NCBI GenBank assembly: GCA_013416795.1 | Contig: RQSC01000016.1 | Location: 101,610 to 130,582 of the forward strand | Source of the DNA: Prasinococcaceae sp. CCMP 1430 | Lineage: Eukaryota; Plantae; Prasinodermophyta | DNA length: 28,973 bases | Reading direction: 5' to 3' | Shown here: one piece after another, positions 1-8,800 of the stretch | Position numbering within the stretch: position 1 is the stretch's first letter | Layout: every line of letters starts with the position of its first letter | The notes under the pieces: generated by a model | The model's input: only the letters and a program-made list of their open reading frames with translations | Told to the model about the DNA's origin: nothing | The model's database searches: none | Translations under genes and position numbers: made by a program

Positions 1-1
1 G

Positions 2-1807
2 AGTGGACGCGCCGCCAAAGTGGTCGCGCTCGCCAAGTCCCAGCAACGCAAGCTGCGCATGCACGTCCACCCTGACAGGCTCACCGCTGCCCGCAAGGAG
101 GCGCTTGGCAACGCCCTCCTCGACAAGATCGCCGACGTCAACTGCGTCCTCGATGCGGCTCTGCTCACCGTGGGCGACGGCAAGGCGGTGGTCGCCTACC
201 TCGACTCCCTTCCCCCCGACCCCCGCACCTCCACCGCCGGATGCGCGCCAGGGGCGGTTCAAGGCGTTGTCGTCGTGGGCTTCCCGCTCGGCACCAAGGA
301 CTTCGTTGCAGGGGCTCTCGCGAAGAAGGACGCGGTGTACTACCGCAAGCTCACCGCCTGCAACCAGTTCTCCGCGTGGGGACACAACAGCGCAGCGCTC
401 TTGCTGCTCCGTATGTGCGTCCACCCCATCAGCGACTACCTCCTGCGCGGCCTCTTCCCGGGCGGCAGGGGCGAACAGGACAGGTACGCTGAGCCAACAC
501 ACTTCCTCGTGAAGCGTCACCACGCCCTGCTTCAGGCCACAGTGGACTGCGCGCTCGGCCAGATCCCGCCAGACGACACTCCGACCCGCACCGAGTCGCT
601 GGCGAAGATCTTCCCCAAGCACGTCGGGCTTCCGATCTCCCAGGGAGGATTCGGTATGCGCGCCCCTTCCACCGTTCGCCTGCCGGCGTGGGTTGGTGCG
701 AGGACTTCAGTCCTTCACCTCGCCACACGCCACCCCCTCGCTTGGCAGTACTTCACCCGCCCCGACACAGCGGGCGCTGCCCTGTACGAGGCCCTGCAGA
801 CCATGCTCAACACCGACCACGACACCAAAGCTCCACCGTTCCCAGCCAATGCCGACCCAGCTTCCATGTCAATCCCGGCGGACGTCTGCCAGAACATCCT
901 GCAGAAAGCCGTCGACGGACTCATCAAGAACGAGCTCCTCACCCTCTCCAACGTCACAACGGAGGACCTCGTTCGCCTCAGCTCCGTCTTGCACAAGGAC
1001 AACTGCATGTATCGCACGTTCAAGCACCCTGTCTACAGACACCGCTTCGCCTCCCCACAAGACCCGCTCATGCCTCGCATCACCGAGCGCGGCTACTGCA
1101 TGGCCTGGTGTCGTCGCTTCGGGCTGCAGTCGAGGCTCGTCTCTCCGGACGCCCCACACGCTCCCTCGTGCCACTCTGCAGCAGGCATCAACGGCGCCCA
1201 CGCCACGGTCTGCTTGTCGACAGCAGGGGAGCGCACCTACCGCCACAACCGCCTCGTGCGCAACTTCGCGAAGGTCGCTCGCCGCACCGGCTACCACGTG
1301 CACACCAACGGCCCCAGCTCCACCAACTCGTTCGAGTACTCGTTCGGTACTGACGAAAATGGCCAGCCCACTGACCTGCGCTCGGACCTAGTCATCACCG
1401 ACACCAACAATGGCAACAGACACTGCCTCGACGTCACCTTCACGGATCCGTCCGCCAAGATCAACATGGCAGGCGCGAACCCGTCCACAGCGGCGGGCCT
1501 GGAGCGCCTCTACAAGGTTCACTGCCAGAAGTACGCGAAGATCTGCTCGCACCACGGCATCCAGTTCCACACGCTGGCGTTCGACACCCTGGGCCGGGCG
1601 CACAGGTCCTCCAGAAGTGCCATCGAGCACCTCTTCACCCACAGGGTCACGGCGACAAACCCAAGCCGCTGGCCGACGGACAAGGTCCTTCGGGTCCTTG
1701 CCGACGGCCTGCACAGTTCATCGTCGGCATGCGTGCTCCGCGCGTGCGGCGTGCACACACACGACCGCCCAAGGCGCAGCTCTCGCAGCCGCGCTACGGG
1801 TGGATAG
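2..1807 (+). CDS. Non-LTR retrotransposon-derived protein (CRE/R2-like type): RT thumb/post-RT region, C-terminal Cys/His knuckle and restriction-like endonuclease (RLE); 5' incomplete
   Basis: Motifs GVVVVGFPLG (RT domain 7-like), AALLLLRMC..SDYLLR, LPISQGGFG, C..HA..C followed by RHN (1241-1249), RSDL..DVT (1379-1438, PD-D type), K..QKY and F..LAFDTLG. Frame is open from position 2, with TAG at 1805-1807. Confidence 0.85.
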   Translation, partial: SGRAAKVVALAKSQQRKLRMHVHPDRLTAARKEALGNALLDKIADVNCVLDAALLTVGDGKAVVAYLDSLPPDPRTSTAGCAPGAVQGVVVVGFPLGTKDFVAGALAKKDAVYYRKLTACNQFSAWGHNSAALLLLRMCVHPISDYLLRGLFPGGRGEQDRYAEPTHFLVKRHHALLQATVDCALGQIPPDDTPTRTESLAKIFPKHVGLPISQGGFGMRAPSTVRLPAWVGARTSVLHLATRHPLAWQYFTRPDTAGAALYEALQTMLNTDHDTKAPPFPANADPASMSIPADVCQNILQKAVDGLIKNELLTLSNVTTEDLVRLSSVLHKDNCMYRTFKHPVYRHRFASPQDPLMPRITERGYCMAWCRRFGLQSRLVSPDAPHAPSCHSAAGINGAHATVCLSTAGERTYRHNRLVRNFAKVARRTGYHVHTNGPSSTNSFEYSFGTDENGQPTDLRSDLVITDTNNGNRHCLDVTFTDPSAKINMAGANPSTAAGLERLYKVHCQKYAKICSHHGIQFHTLAFDTLGRAHRSSRSAIEHLFTHRVTATNPSRWPTDKVLRVLADGLHSSSSACVLRACGVHTHDRPRRSSRSRATGG

Positions 1808-1878
1808 CTCGCTCTCACACATGCACCTAGATCTTACACACGCGCGCTACGCAACCTTGCGCTTGCGTCTTCTCGTAT

Positions 1879-1883
1879 TGTAA
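1879..1883 (+). promoter_or_regulatory. TGTAA green-algal-type polyadenylation signal of the left arm (mirror at 3277-3281 on the minus strand)
   Basis: TGTAA lies in the 92-nt 3' UTR, 16 nt before the arm end. UGUAA is the known near-upstream poly(A) signal of chlorophytes. Confidence 0.5.
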
Positions 1884-1899
1884 TCGCACCCTACACTAC

Positions 1900-2436
1900 C
1901 TCTCGACGCTCGTCCTGGACAAGCTCCACGCCAGGATGCCCAACACTCCCACCCTGGACATGGCTACCAGGCACGACCTGTTCGCCGCACTCCAGGCGAT
2001 CGCCGCACAGCTGCGTCCTCCGGCGCGCCCACGGCGCTCTCCACATCGTCAGGGAACCCCACCAGTAGCGCCAAGGCCACCCCCAGCCGCACAGGGTGCG
2101 TTCACTCCGGTGCCAACACCGACCGCCGCCGTCGCCGCCATGGCCGACGCTCCGGCCGCCGACGCAGGCGCCCCCGAAGCAGGGGACCACGACTCCGACG
2201 ACATCCACTTCCTGCCCGAAGCCGACCTCGCCGCCGTCGACTCCCGCCCGCTGCATACCAATTACAGCGGGTGTCACGGCTGCGGCTCCAAGAAGCACCG
2301 CTGGCGCGACTGCCCTCTGAACGACGGCACGCTCACCCTCCAGCAGGCCAAGCGCCGCTTCCAGCAGTCGGTCGCTGCAATGTCGCACACCGCTCTGCCC
2401 GAGCACACCGCTCCGCCAGAGCCGACCGACGCCTGA
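1900..2436 (+). CDS. Gag C-terminal part with CCHC zinc knuckle
   Basis: C-H-G-C-G-S-K-K-H-R-W-R-D-C (C-x2-C-x4-H-x4-C) at 2272-2313. The frame is open from the 1900 junction (LSTLVLDKLHARMPNTPT...), with TGA at 2434-2436. Confidence 0.85.
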   Translation, partial: LSTLVLDKLHARMPNTPTLDMATRHDLFAALQAIAAQLRPPARPRRSPHRQGTPPVAPRPPPAAQGAFTPVPTPTAAVAAMADAPAADAGAPEAGDHDSDDIHFLPEADLAAVDSRPLHTNYSGCHGCGSKKHRWRDCPLNDGTLTLQQAKRRFQQSVAAMSHTALPEHTAPPEPTDA

Positions 2437-3260
2437 CTACGCTCGGGCGAGCCAGTAGTCAGTAGTCCCCCTAGCGAACCCACCGCCGTCCGGCTGGCTG
2501 CAGTGGGTAAGACCCTCCCCACCTTCTACGCTGCACTCAACGACCGGCGCGTCACCGTGCTGGCCGATACGGGCGCCAGCCTTAGCTTCATCTCCAAGAC
2601 CAAGGCGCAGGAGTTGGGTCTGACGACTGACGTGTGCCCACCCATCCAGGTGGTGCACAGCAACCAGTCCACGGAGCGCTCAACCAAGCTGGTCCGAGCT
2701 GCACACCTCAAGCTGGGCCCTGGCTGGGGCGCGCCCATCGACCTGCACGTGCTCGACCACCTGGGCCCACACCAGCAGATCATCATGGGCCAGTCGTTCA
2801 TGCGCCCCCGGAACGCGCACCTGAAGATGAATCGCGATGGCACGACCTGCCTGGAGATGACGCTCGGCCCACGCCGCGTCGAACTCGTGGCCGACGTGCC
2901 CAACGAGACATACCTCGAGGCGAACGCCGCGCTCACTGCCATCTCCGCCACCACCCAGGCCGAGACCCTCACCACCTGGCGCGATCGCATCCAGGCCATG
3001 CCGATTGAGGAGCAATACGACCTGACGCTTCACCAACAAGCGCGCCTCGACTCGCTTCAACACCGCTTCCCCAGGGTGTACGAAGACCCCACGTACGACA
3101 CGCACGTTGATCACCCTCTGGGCGAACAACAGCTGGTAGTTCAGGCCGGCGCCGCACTTCCGAAAGGACGGCCAGCGCGCCCGCTCTCCAAGGCGAAAGC
3201 AGAGGCCCTTCTCGACATTCTCAACAAGCTCATGACGAAGAACTACATCGCGAAGTCGAA
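1900..3260 (+). mobile_element. Internal fragment of a Ty3/Gypsy LTR retrotransposon (gag C-terminus, aspartic protease, start of RT), truncated on both sides by the inverted arms
   Basis: CCHC knuckle, DTGAS protease motif and a typical pre-RT segment in gag-pro-RT order. No integrase lies between protease and RT, which fits Gypsy rather than Copia. Confidence 0.85.
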
Positions 3261-3264
3261 GTAG
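2437..3264 (+). CDS. Pol fragment: retropepsin aspartic protease plus N-terminal start of reverse transcriptase (truncated)
   Basis: VTVLADTGASLSFIS (Asp at 2566-2568), IIMGQSFM flap, then FPRVYEDP...RPARPLSKAKAEALLDILNKLMTKNYIAKSK, the segment that normally precedes SPW/Y in Gypsy RT. Same frame as gag. The final stop is supplied by the right arm. Confidence 0.88.
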   Translation, partial: LRSGEPVVSSPPSEPTAVRLAAVGKTLPTFYAALNDRRVTVLADTGASLSFISKTKAQELGLTTDVCPPIQVVHSNQSTERSTKLVRAAHLKLGPGWGAPIDLHVLDHLGPHQQIIMGQSFMRPRNAHLKMNRDGTTCLEMTLGPRRVELVADVPNETYLEANAALTAISATTQAETLTTWRDRIQAMPIEEQYDLTLHQQARLDSLQHRFPRVYEDPTYDTHVDHPLGEQQLVVQAGAALPKGRPARPLSKAKAEALLDILNKLMTKNYIAKSK

Positions 3265-5159
3265 TGTAGGGTGCGATTACAATACGAGAAGACGCAAGCG
3301 CAAGGTTGCGTAGCGCGCGTGTGTAAGATCTAGGTGCATGTGTGAGAGCGAGCTATCCACCCGTAGCGCGGCTGCGAGAGCTGCGCCTTGGGCGGTCGTG
3401 TGTGTGCACGCCGCACGCGCGGAGCACGCATGCCGACGATGAACTGTGCAGGCCGTCGGCAAGGACCCGAAGGACCTTGTCCGTCGGCCAGCGGCTTGGG
3501 TTTGTCGCCGTGACCCTGTGGGTGAAGAGGTGCTCGATGGCACTTCTGGAGGACCTGTGCGCCCGGCCCAGGGTGTCGAACGCCAGCGTGTGGAACTGGA
3601 TGCCGTGGTGCGAGCAGATCTTCGCGTACTTCTGGCAGTGAACCTTGTAGAGGCGCTCCAGGCCCGCCGCTGTGGACGGGTTCGCGCCTGCCATGTTGAT
3701 CTTGGCGGACGGATCCGTGAAGGTGACGTCGAGGCAGTGTCTGTTGCCATTGTTGGTGTCGGTGATGACTAGGTCCGAGCGCAGGTCAGTGGGCTGGCCA
3801 TTTTCGTCAGTACCGAACGAGTACTCGAACGAGTTGGTGGAGCTGGGGCCGTTGGTGTGCACGTGGTAGCCGGTGCGGCGAGCGACCTTCGCGAAGTTGC
3901 GCACGAGGCGGTTGTGGCGGTAGGTGCGCTCCCCTGCTGTCGACAAGCAGACCGTGGCGTGGGCGCCGTTGATGCCTGCTGCAGAGTGGCACGAGGGAGC
4001 GTGTGGGGCGTCCGGAGAGACGAGCCTCGACTGCAGCCCGAAGCGACGACACCAGGCCATGCAGTAGCCGCGCTCGGTGATGCGAGGCATGAGCGGGTCT
4101 TGTGGGGAGGCGAAGCGGTGTCTGTAGACAGGGTGCTTGAACGTGCGATACATGCAGTTGTCCTTGTGCAAGACGGAGCTGAGGCGAACGAGGTCCTCCG
4201 TTGTGACGTTGGAGAGGGTGAGGAGCTCGTTCTTGATGAGTCCGTCGACGGCTTTCTGCAGGATGTTCTGGCAGACGTCCGCCGGGATTGACATGGAAGC
4301 TGGGTCGGCATTGGCTGGGAACGGTGGAGCTTTGGTGTCGTGGTCGGTGTTGAGCATGGTCTGCAGGGCCTCGTACAGGGCAGCGCCCGCTGTGTCGGGG
4401 CGGGTGAAGTACTGCCAAGCGAGGGGGTGGCGTGTGGCGAGGTGAAGGACTGAAGTCCTCGCACCAACCCACGCCGGCAGGCGAACGGTGGAAGGGGCGC
4501 GCATACCGAATCCTCCCTGGGAGATCGGAAGCCCGACGTGCTTGGGGAAGATCTTCGCCAGCGACTCGGTGCGGGTCGGAGTGTCGTCTGGCGGGATCTG
4601 GCCGAGCGCGCAGTCCACTGTGGCCTGAAGCAGGGCGTGGTGACGCTTCACGAGGAAGTGTGTTGGCTCAGCGTACCTGTCCTGTTCGCCCCTGCCGCCC
4701 GGGAAGAGGCCGCGCAGGAGGTAGTCGCTGATGGGGTGGACGCACATACGGAGCAGCAAGAGCGCTGCGCTGTTGTGTCCCCACGCGGAGAACTGGTTGC
4801 AGGCGGTGAGCTTGCGGTAGTACACCGCGTCCTTCTTCGCGAGAGCCCCTGCAACGAAGTCCTTGGTGCCGAGCGGGAAGCCCACGACGACAACGCCTTG
4901 AACCGCCCCTGGCGCGCATCCGGCGGTGGAGGTGCGGGGGTCGGGGGGAAGGGAGTCGAGGTAGGCGACCACCGCCTTGCCGTCGCCCACGGTGAGCAGA
5001 GCCGCATCGAGGACGCAGTTGACGTCGGCGATCTTGTCGAGGAGGGCGTTGCCAAGCGCCTCCTTGCGGGCAGCGGTGAGCCTGTCAGGGTGGACGTGCA
5101 TGCGCAGCTTGCGTTGCTGGGACTTGGCGAGCGCGACCACTTTGGCGGCGCGTCCACTC
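3261..5159 (-). repeat. Right arm of the long inverted repeat (outer boundary may extend beyond 5159)
   Basis: Mirror of 1-1899. The outer limit cannot be fixed because the left arm is cut by the window edge. Confidence 0.97.
3353..5140 (-). CDS. Second, identical copy of the RLE-type non-LTR ORF
   Basis: Identical 595-aa translation. The frame stays open without an ATG up to a TGA at 5359-5357. Confidence 0.85.
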   Translation of the reverse strand: MVALAKSQQRKLRMHVHPDRLTAARKEALGNALLDKIADVNCVLDAALLTVGDGKAVVAYLDSLPPDPRTSTAGCAPGAVQGVVVVGFPLGTKDFVAGALAKKDAVYYRKLTACNQFSAWGHNSAALLLLRMCVHPISDYLLRGLFPGGRGEQDRYAEPTHFLVKRHHALLQATVDCALGQIPPDDTPTRTESLAKIFPKHVGLPISQGGFGMRAPSTVRLPAWVGARTSVLHLATRHPLAWQYFTRPDTAGAALYEALQTMLNTDHDTKAPPFPANADPASMSIPADVCQNILQKAVDGLIKNELLTLSNVTTEDLVRLSSVLHKDNCMYRTFKHPVYRHRFASPQDPLMPRITERGYCMAWCRRFGLQSRLVSPDAPHAPSCHSAAGINGAHATVCLSTAGERTYRHNRLVRNFAKVARRTGYHVHTNGPSSTNSFEYSFGTDENGQPTDLRSDLVITDTNNGNRHCLDVTFTDPSAKINMAGANPSTAAGLERLYKVHCQKYAKICSHHGIQFHTLAFDTLGRAHRSSRSAIEHLFTHRVTATNPSRWPTDKVLRVLADGLHSSSSACVLRACGVHTHDRPRRSSRSRATGG

Positions 5160-5357
5160 GCCCCGTTGACAGACGCGAAGCGAGATGAAGGCCCGAAGTT
5201 CTTCGACGGAAGGCTTGGTCGGGATGGTGGAGAGTGGAGGAGGGGGTAGCGCGGTCGACTCTTTGCCGTGGAAGGCGGAGTGGGGGCGGAAGGTGTCGAT
5301 GATGGAGAGGACCATGGCGTCGGGGTCCAGCTTGCGGATCTCGGTGACGTACTGCAT
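5085..5357 (-). other. Short ORF with TE-like codon usage (MQYVTEIRKLDPDAMVLSIIDTF...) immediately upstream of and overlapping the right-arm ORF in another frame
   Basis: ATG at 5357-5355, with C/G-ending codons like the neighbouring TE ORFs. Offset by one nucleotide from the 595-aa frame. Identity unresolved. Confidence 0.35.
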
Positions 5358-5643
5358 CAGTGGCTCGCGAGAGACCAGGCAGTGCTGGGGTAGGTCATCA
5401 GGTAAATGACTGTCTAGACTGACCACGGGAGACTAGGTGAGGACGATACATTATGTAGCATGCGAGCTACATATCATCACAACACTTGAGACGTTCCACA
5501 GCACTCCTTGTGTCACCCCCTCCCCTCTAGCGCGCTCTAGAGGCACCTTACTCCCCTCATTGTCATCTCGTCTCGCGGCGCCACCCAAGGATCGAGCAAT
5601 ACTGCCTGTCGCCCCACTCACCCTCGCCGTCGCCGCACTGGCT

Positions 5644-5697
5644 CCGCGCGGCACACCCGCGCCGCGCGGCACACCCGCGCCGCGCGGCACACCCGCG
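5644..5697. repeat. Tandem repeat, 3 x 18 bp (CCGCGCGGCACACCCGCG)
   Basis: Three exact units read directly. Confidence 0.92.
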
Positions 5698-5838
5698 CCT
5701 TGTAAGGGAGCTCGGGATGAGGGGGAGCACCCTCTCAGAACCCTTCGCGTGCACGCCTGCGTCGCCGCCGCGCCGCACCCACCGCGCGTGCGCGGGTCGC
5801 GCGTCACAGTGCCTCCGCAGTTCTTACATTGTCTCGCC

Positions 5839-8800
5839 TCACGCACTCGCTGGAGCGCCGGCGCTGCCATCGCCGAACTGCCCCCCACTGGCGTCGACCA
5901 TGGCGCGATATGCGCCGTTCTTCTTCGCGAGGAGCTTGCGCGGCTCGCCGAGCTCGACGCACGTGCCCTCTTGAAGCACCATGACCTTGTCGCAGTCGGC
6001 GATGGTCGCCATGCGGTGTGCGACGGTGAGCACCGTTGAGCGCTCGAAGGCGCGCCTGAAGACGCGCTGGAGCAGAGCATCAGTCTGGGCGTCGCAGCTT
6101 GCGGTTGCTTCATCGAGCACAACTATGCGCGCGCCCCTCAACAACGCGCGGGCGGTACAGAGTAGCTGGCGCTGGCCGTGCGAGAAATTGACGCCGCCTC
6201 CCTCCACCGCAGTATCGAGGATCCCGCCAGCGTCGCAGCGTGTGCCGCTCCCCAACTCGACTCTCAATGCCCCTCCGCCGCCAACGGAGGCCGACAGCAA
6301 ACGAGCGGCGACATCTCGCCGCATACCCACGCGGTCGAGCGCGTCCATGAGAACGTGGTCCTCGTGCTCGCCAAGCGGATCGAGGTTGAAGCGCAGCGTC
6401 CCGCTGTACAGAAGCGGGTCCTGCGGGATGACAGCGCACGCGCGGCCGCGGATACCCAGCAGACCCACGCTGCGGAGGTCGACGCCATCGACCAGGATCC
6501 TCCCCGAGGCAAGCTCGGTCAGTCTGAAGAGCGCGACGGCGAGCGTGGACTTGCCGCTACCCGTTCGCCCGCAGACGCCCACCTTCTCGCCCGCAGCGAT
6601 GCTAACGCTGAGGCCACGCAGCGCGAGCGGCAAGCCTGGGCGGTAGCGAAGCGACACGTCCTCGAAGGTCAGCGCCCCATGGAGCGGCCAGCCGTCCCCC
6701 CGCGACGCCTTCGCGTCCTCACCGCGGCGCGGGGGCTCCTCGTCCAGGCACGTGTACTGTAGGATGCGATGCATCGACACGCCCTTGCTCTCCATCTCGC
6801 TGAAGGACAGAACCAGGAAGTTCAGCGTAATGGAAAAGTTGAACGCCCATGTGATGGCGAGGCCTGCGAAGGACGGGCTCAGAGAGCCCCTGAGGGCCCA
6901 TGACGCGATCCCTACAGCAAACGTGACGCAGGCACCAAGCATCTCCACGCGCACTGCAAGCCACCTCCCGAGGATCATCCAAAGCAGCATCGTGCGGGTG
7001 GAGTAGTCGATGAGCGCGAAGGCCTCGGCATTGAATCGCCCGACGCTGCGTAGAGCGCGCACGTGCGCCGCGCCAACGGCGATTTCGCCGAGGTGCGACT
7101 GCAACGGGCTGCGGCTCGAGGCGAAGAGCTGCTGCGCCTGCACGCCAGCGCGAATGTACGACGAGTGCAGCAAGTAGTACAAGCCCATCACCGGTGCGAG
7201 CGCCAATAAGATCCACGGGATGGTCGCCGCCATGACACCCACGCCGCTTATCCACCAGAAGACCGACGCGACTGCCTGCAACCCCTTCTGGAGAAGCACG
7301 CCGTCCATCACCTCGACATCGAATGTCAGTCGATTAGTCACAGCACCCATCGGCGTTGTCTCAAACAGCGCCATGGGAGCACGGAAGACCTTGTGTAGCA
7401 GCTTGTCGAACAGATTCTTTGCGGCGATCACGCCGCCGCGGATGAACCATGCCGTCCGCGCGTATGCGCCGCCAACGTTGGCCAGGACAATCAGACAATA
7501 CCAGCGCAGGTTGGACTTGGCGTCGGCGCGCCCCGTGGCAGCGTCTTCGGTCCAAACGGCGAGATAGACGTCCCCTCCAATGTATGCCGCGCGCTCCCAC
7601 AGGAAGAACACAAACAGCAGCAAGCAGAACGAGGGCCCGCCCGCAGCGCGCAGCCACGCGAGCGCGGTACCGAGGCCGAGGGTTTCGTCATCGTCCGAGA
7701 CGCGCGAGCCTGCGTCCCCTTTGGCGTCGCTGGCGTTTGCTGCTGCCATGAATAGATCGCGGCCGAATGCCTCCTTGGCCCTCTGCGCCATGGATCGCTG
7801 ACGCGCGTCCGCGTAGCGGTCCTCGTCCAGCCGCAGGTCATCGTCGGCAGGGGGCATCCATTTGTTTAGCGACCGTCCGAGCGCGACCCCGTCGGACGTA
7901 GTGAAGATGGCCTCACTGTCGCTGCTCAGAGTGGCCAAGAGGTCCGCCAGCGGCGCGGTCACGCTCGGCACTCGAGCGAGGTCTTGTCCGCCGTGTACCT
8001 CCAACAACTCGCGCGGAGCTCCACACGCCGCCACGCGCCCTTGGTCGAGCAGCAGCACGCGATCCGCGAAACGGAGCAGCGAGGTGGCGTGAGTGGAGAG
8101 GATGGTCGCCGCGTTGCCGCACATGCCCTCGGGACCGATGAGCCTCTCGAACACCTGACGCTGCGTCTGCGCATCGAGCGCCGAAAGTGGGTCGTCTAGT
8201 AGCAGGACATCCGGCCGGGCATAGGCAGCCCGGGCGAGCGCCACTCGCTGTTTCTGGCCGCCACTGAGGGTGACGCCCCGCTCGCCGATGACGGTATTAT
8301 CCGCATCGGGAAGTGCGGCAATGTCAGGCCAGAGGCATGCCGCGCTCAGCGCTGCGCGGTACACACCCGAACGCATCGGACGGCCGAACAACACGTTCTC
8401 TCGCAGCGAGCCGTTTTGAATCCACGGCGTCTGTGCCGCAAGGGCGACCGAGCCGCTCACGGTCACGATCGACGGCCCGCTGGAGCCATCACTCGCACCG
8501 CGCTCGCTCTCACCGAGGAGGCCGTTGATGAAAGTGCTCTTGCCACTGCCCACAGGGCCAATCACCATCAGCAGCTCACCGGCGGCCACCTTCAGGTCGA
8601 CGCCAGTGACGCGAAACCCATCTTTTTGCTGCCACCAGAAGTCAGTTCCACGACACACGACACGGGGCACCGGCACTGGCACCGGATCCGACGCGGCTGC
8701 GACGAGCGCATCGGCCGCGCCGCCGCCGGTATTTGCCGCGCTCTCATCCATGCCCCTTGCACTACCATCAGCGTCATGTCCCTCGCCCGTGCAGCTGTCG

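Larger units (their letters stand above)
1..1899 (+). repeat. Left arm of a long inverted repeat (runs off the window start)
   Basis: Reverse complement of 3261-5159: GAGTGGACG at 1-9 vs CGTCCACTC at 5151-5159, and ...CCCTACACTAC at 1899 vs GTAGTGTAGGG at 3261. All mirrored ORFs in the six-frame track have identical translations. The match breaks at 1900/3260. Confidence 0.97.

Noticed and set aside
1-5159. DIRS/Ngaro tyrosine-recombinase retrotransposon with inverted terminal repeats
   Set aside because: No tyrosine recombinase, RNase H or methyltransferase motifs are visible. The repeats encode an RLE protein and the core has an aspartic protease, which DIRS lacks.
5701-5828. TGTAAG...CTTACA segment resembling a tiny solo LTR
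   Set aside because: No target-site duplication (CGCCT vs TTGTC). More simply explained as TGTAA poly(A)-type signals on opposite strands, one just after the ABCC stop.
6150-6200. Degenerate ABC signature FSHGQ in NBD2
   Set aside because: An asymmetric, degenerate nucleotide-binding site is normal for ABCC transporters.
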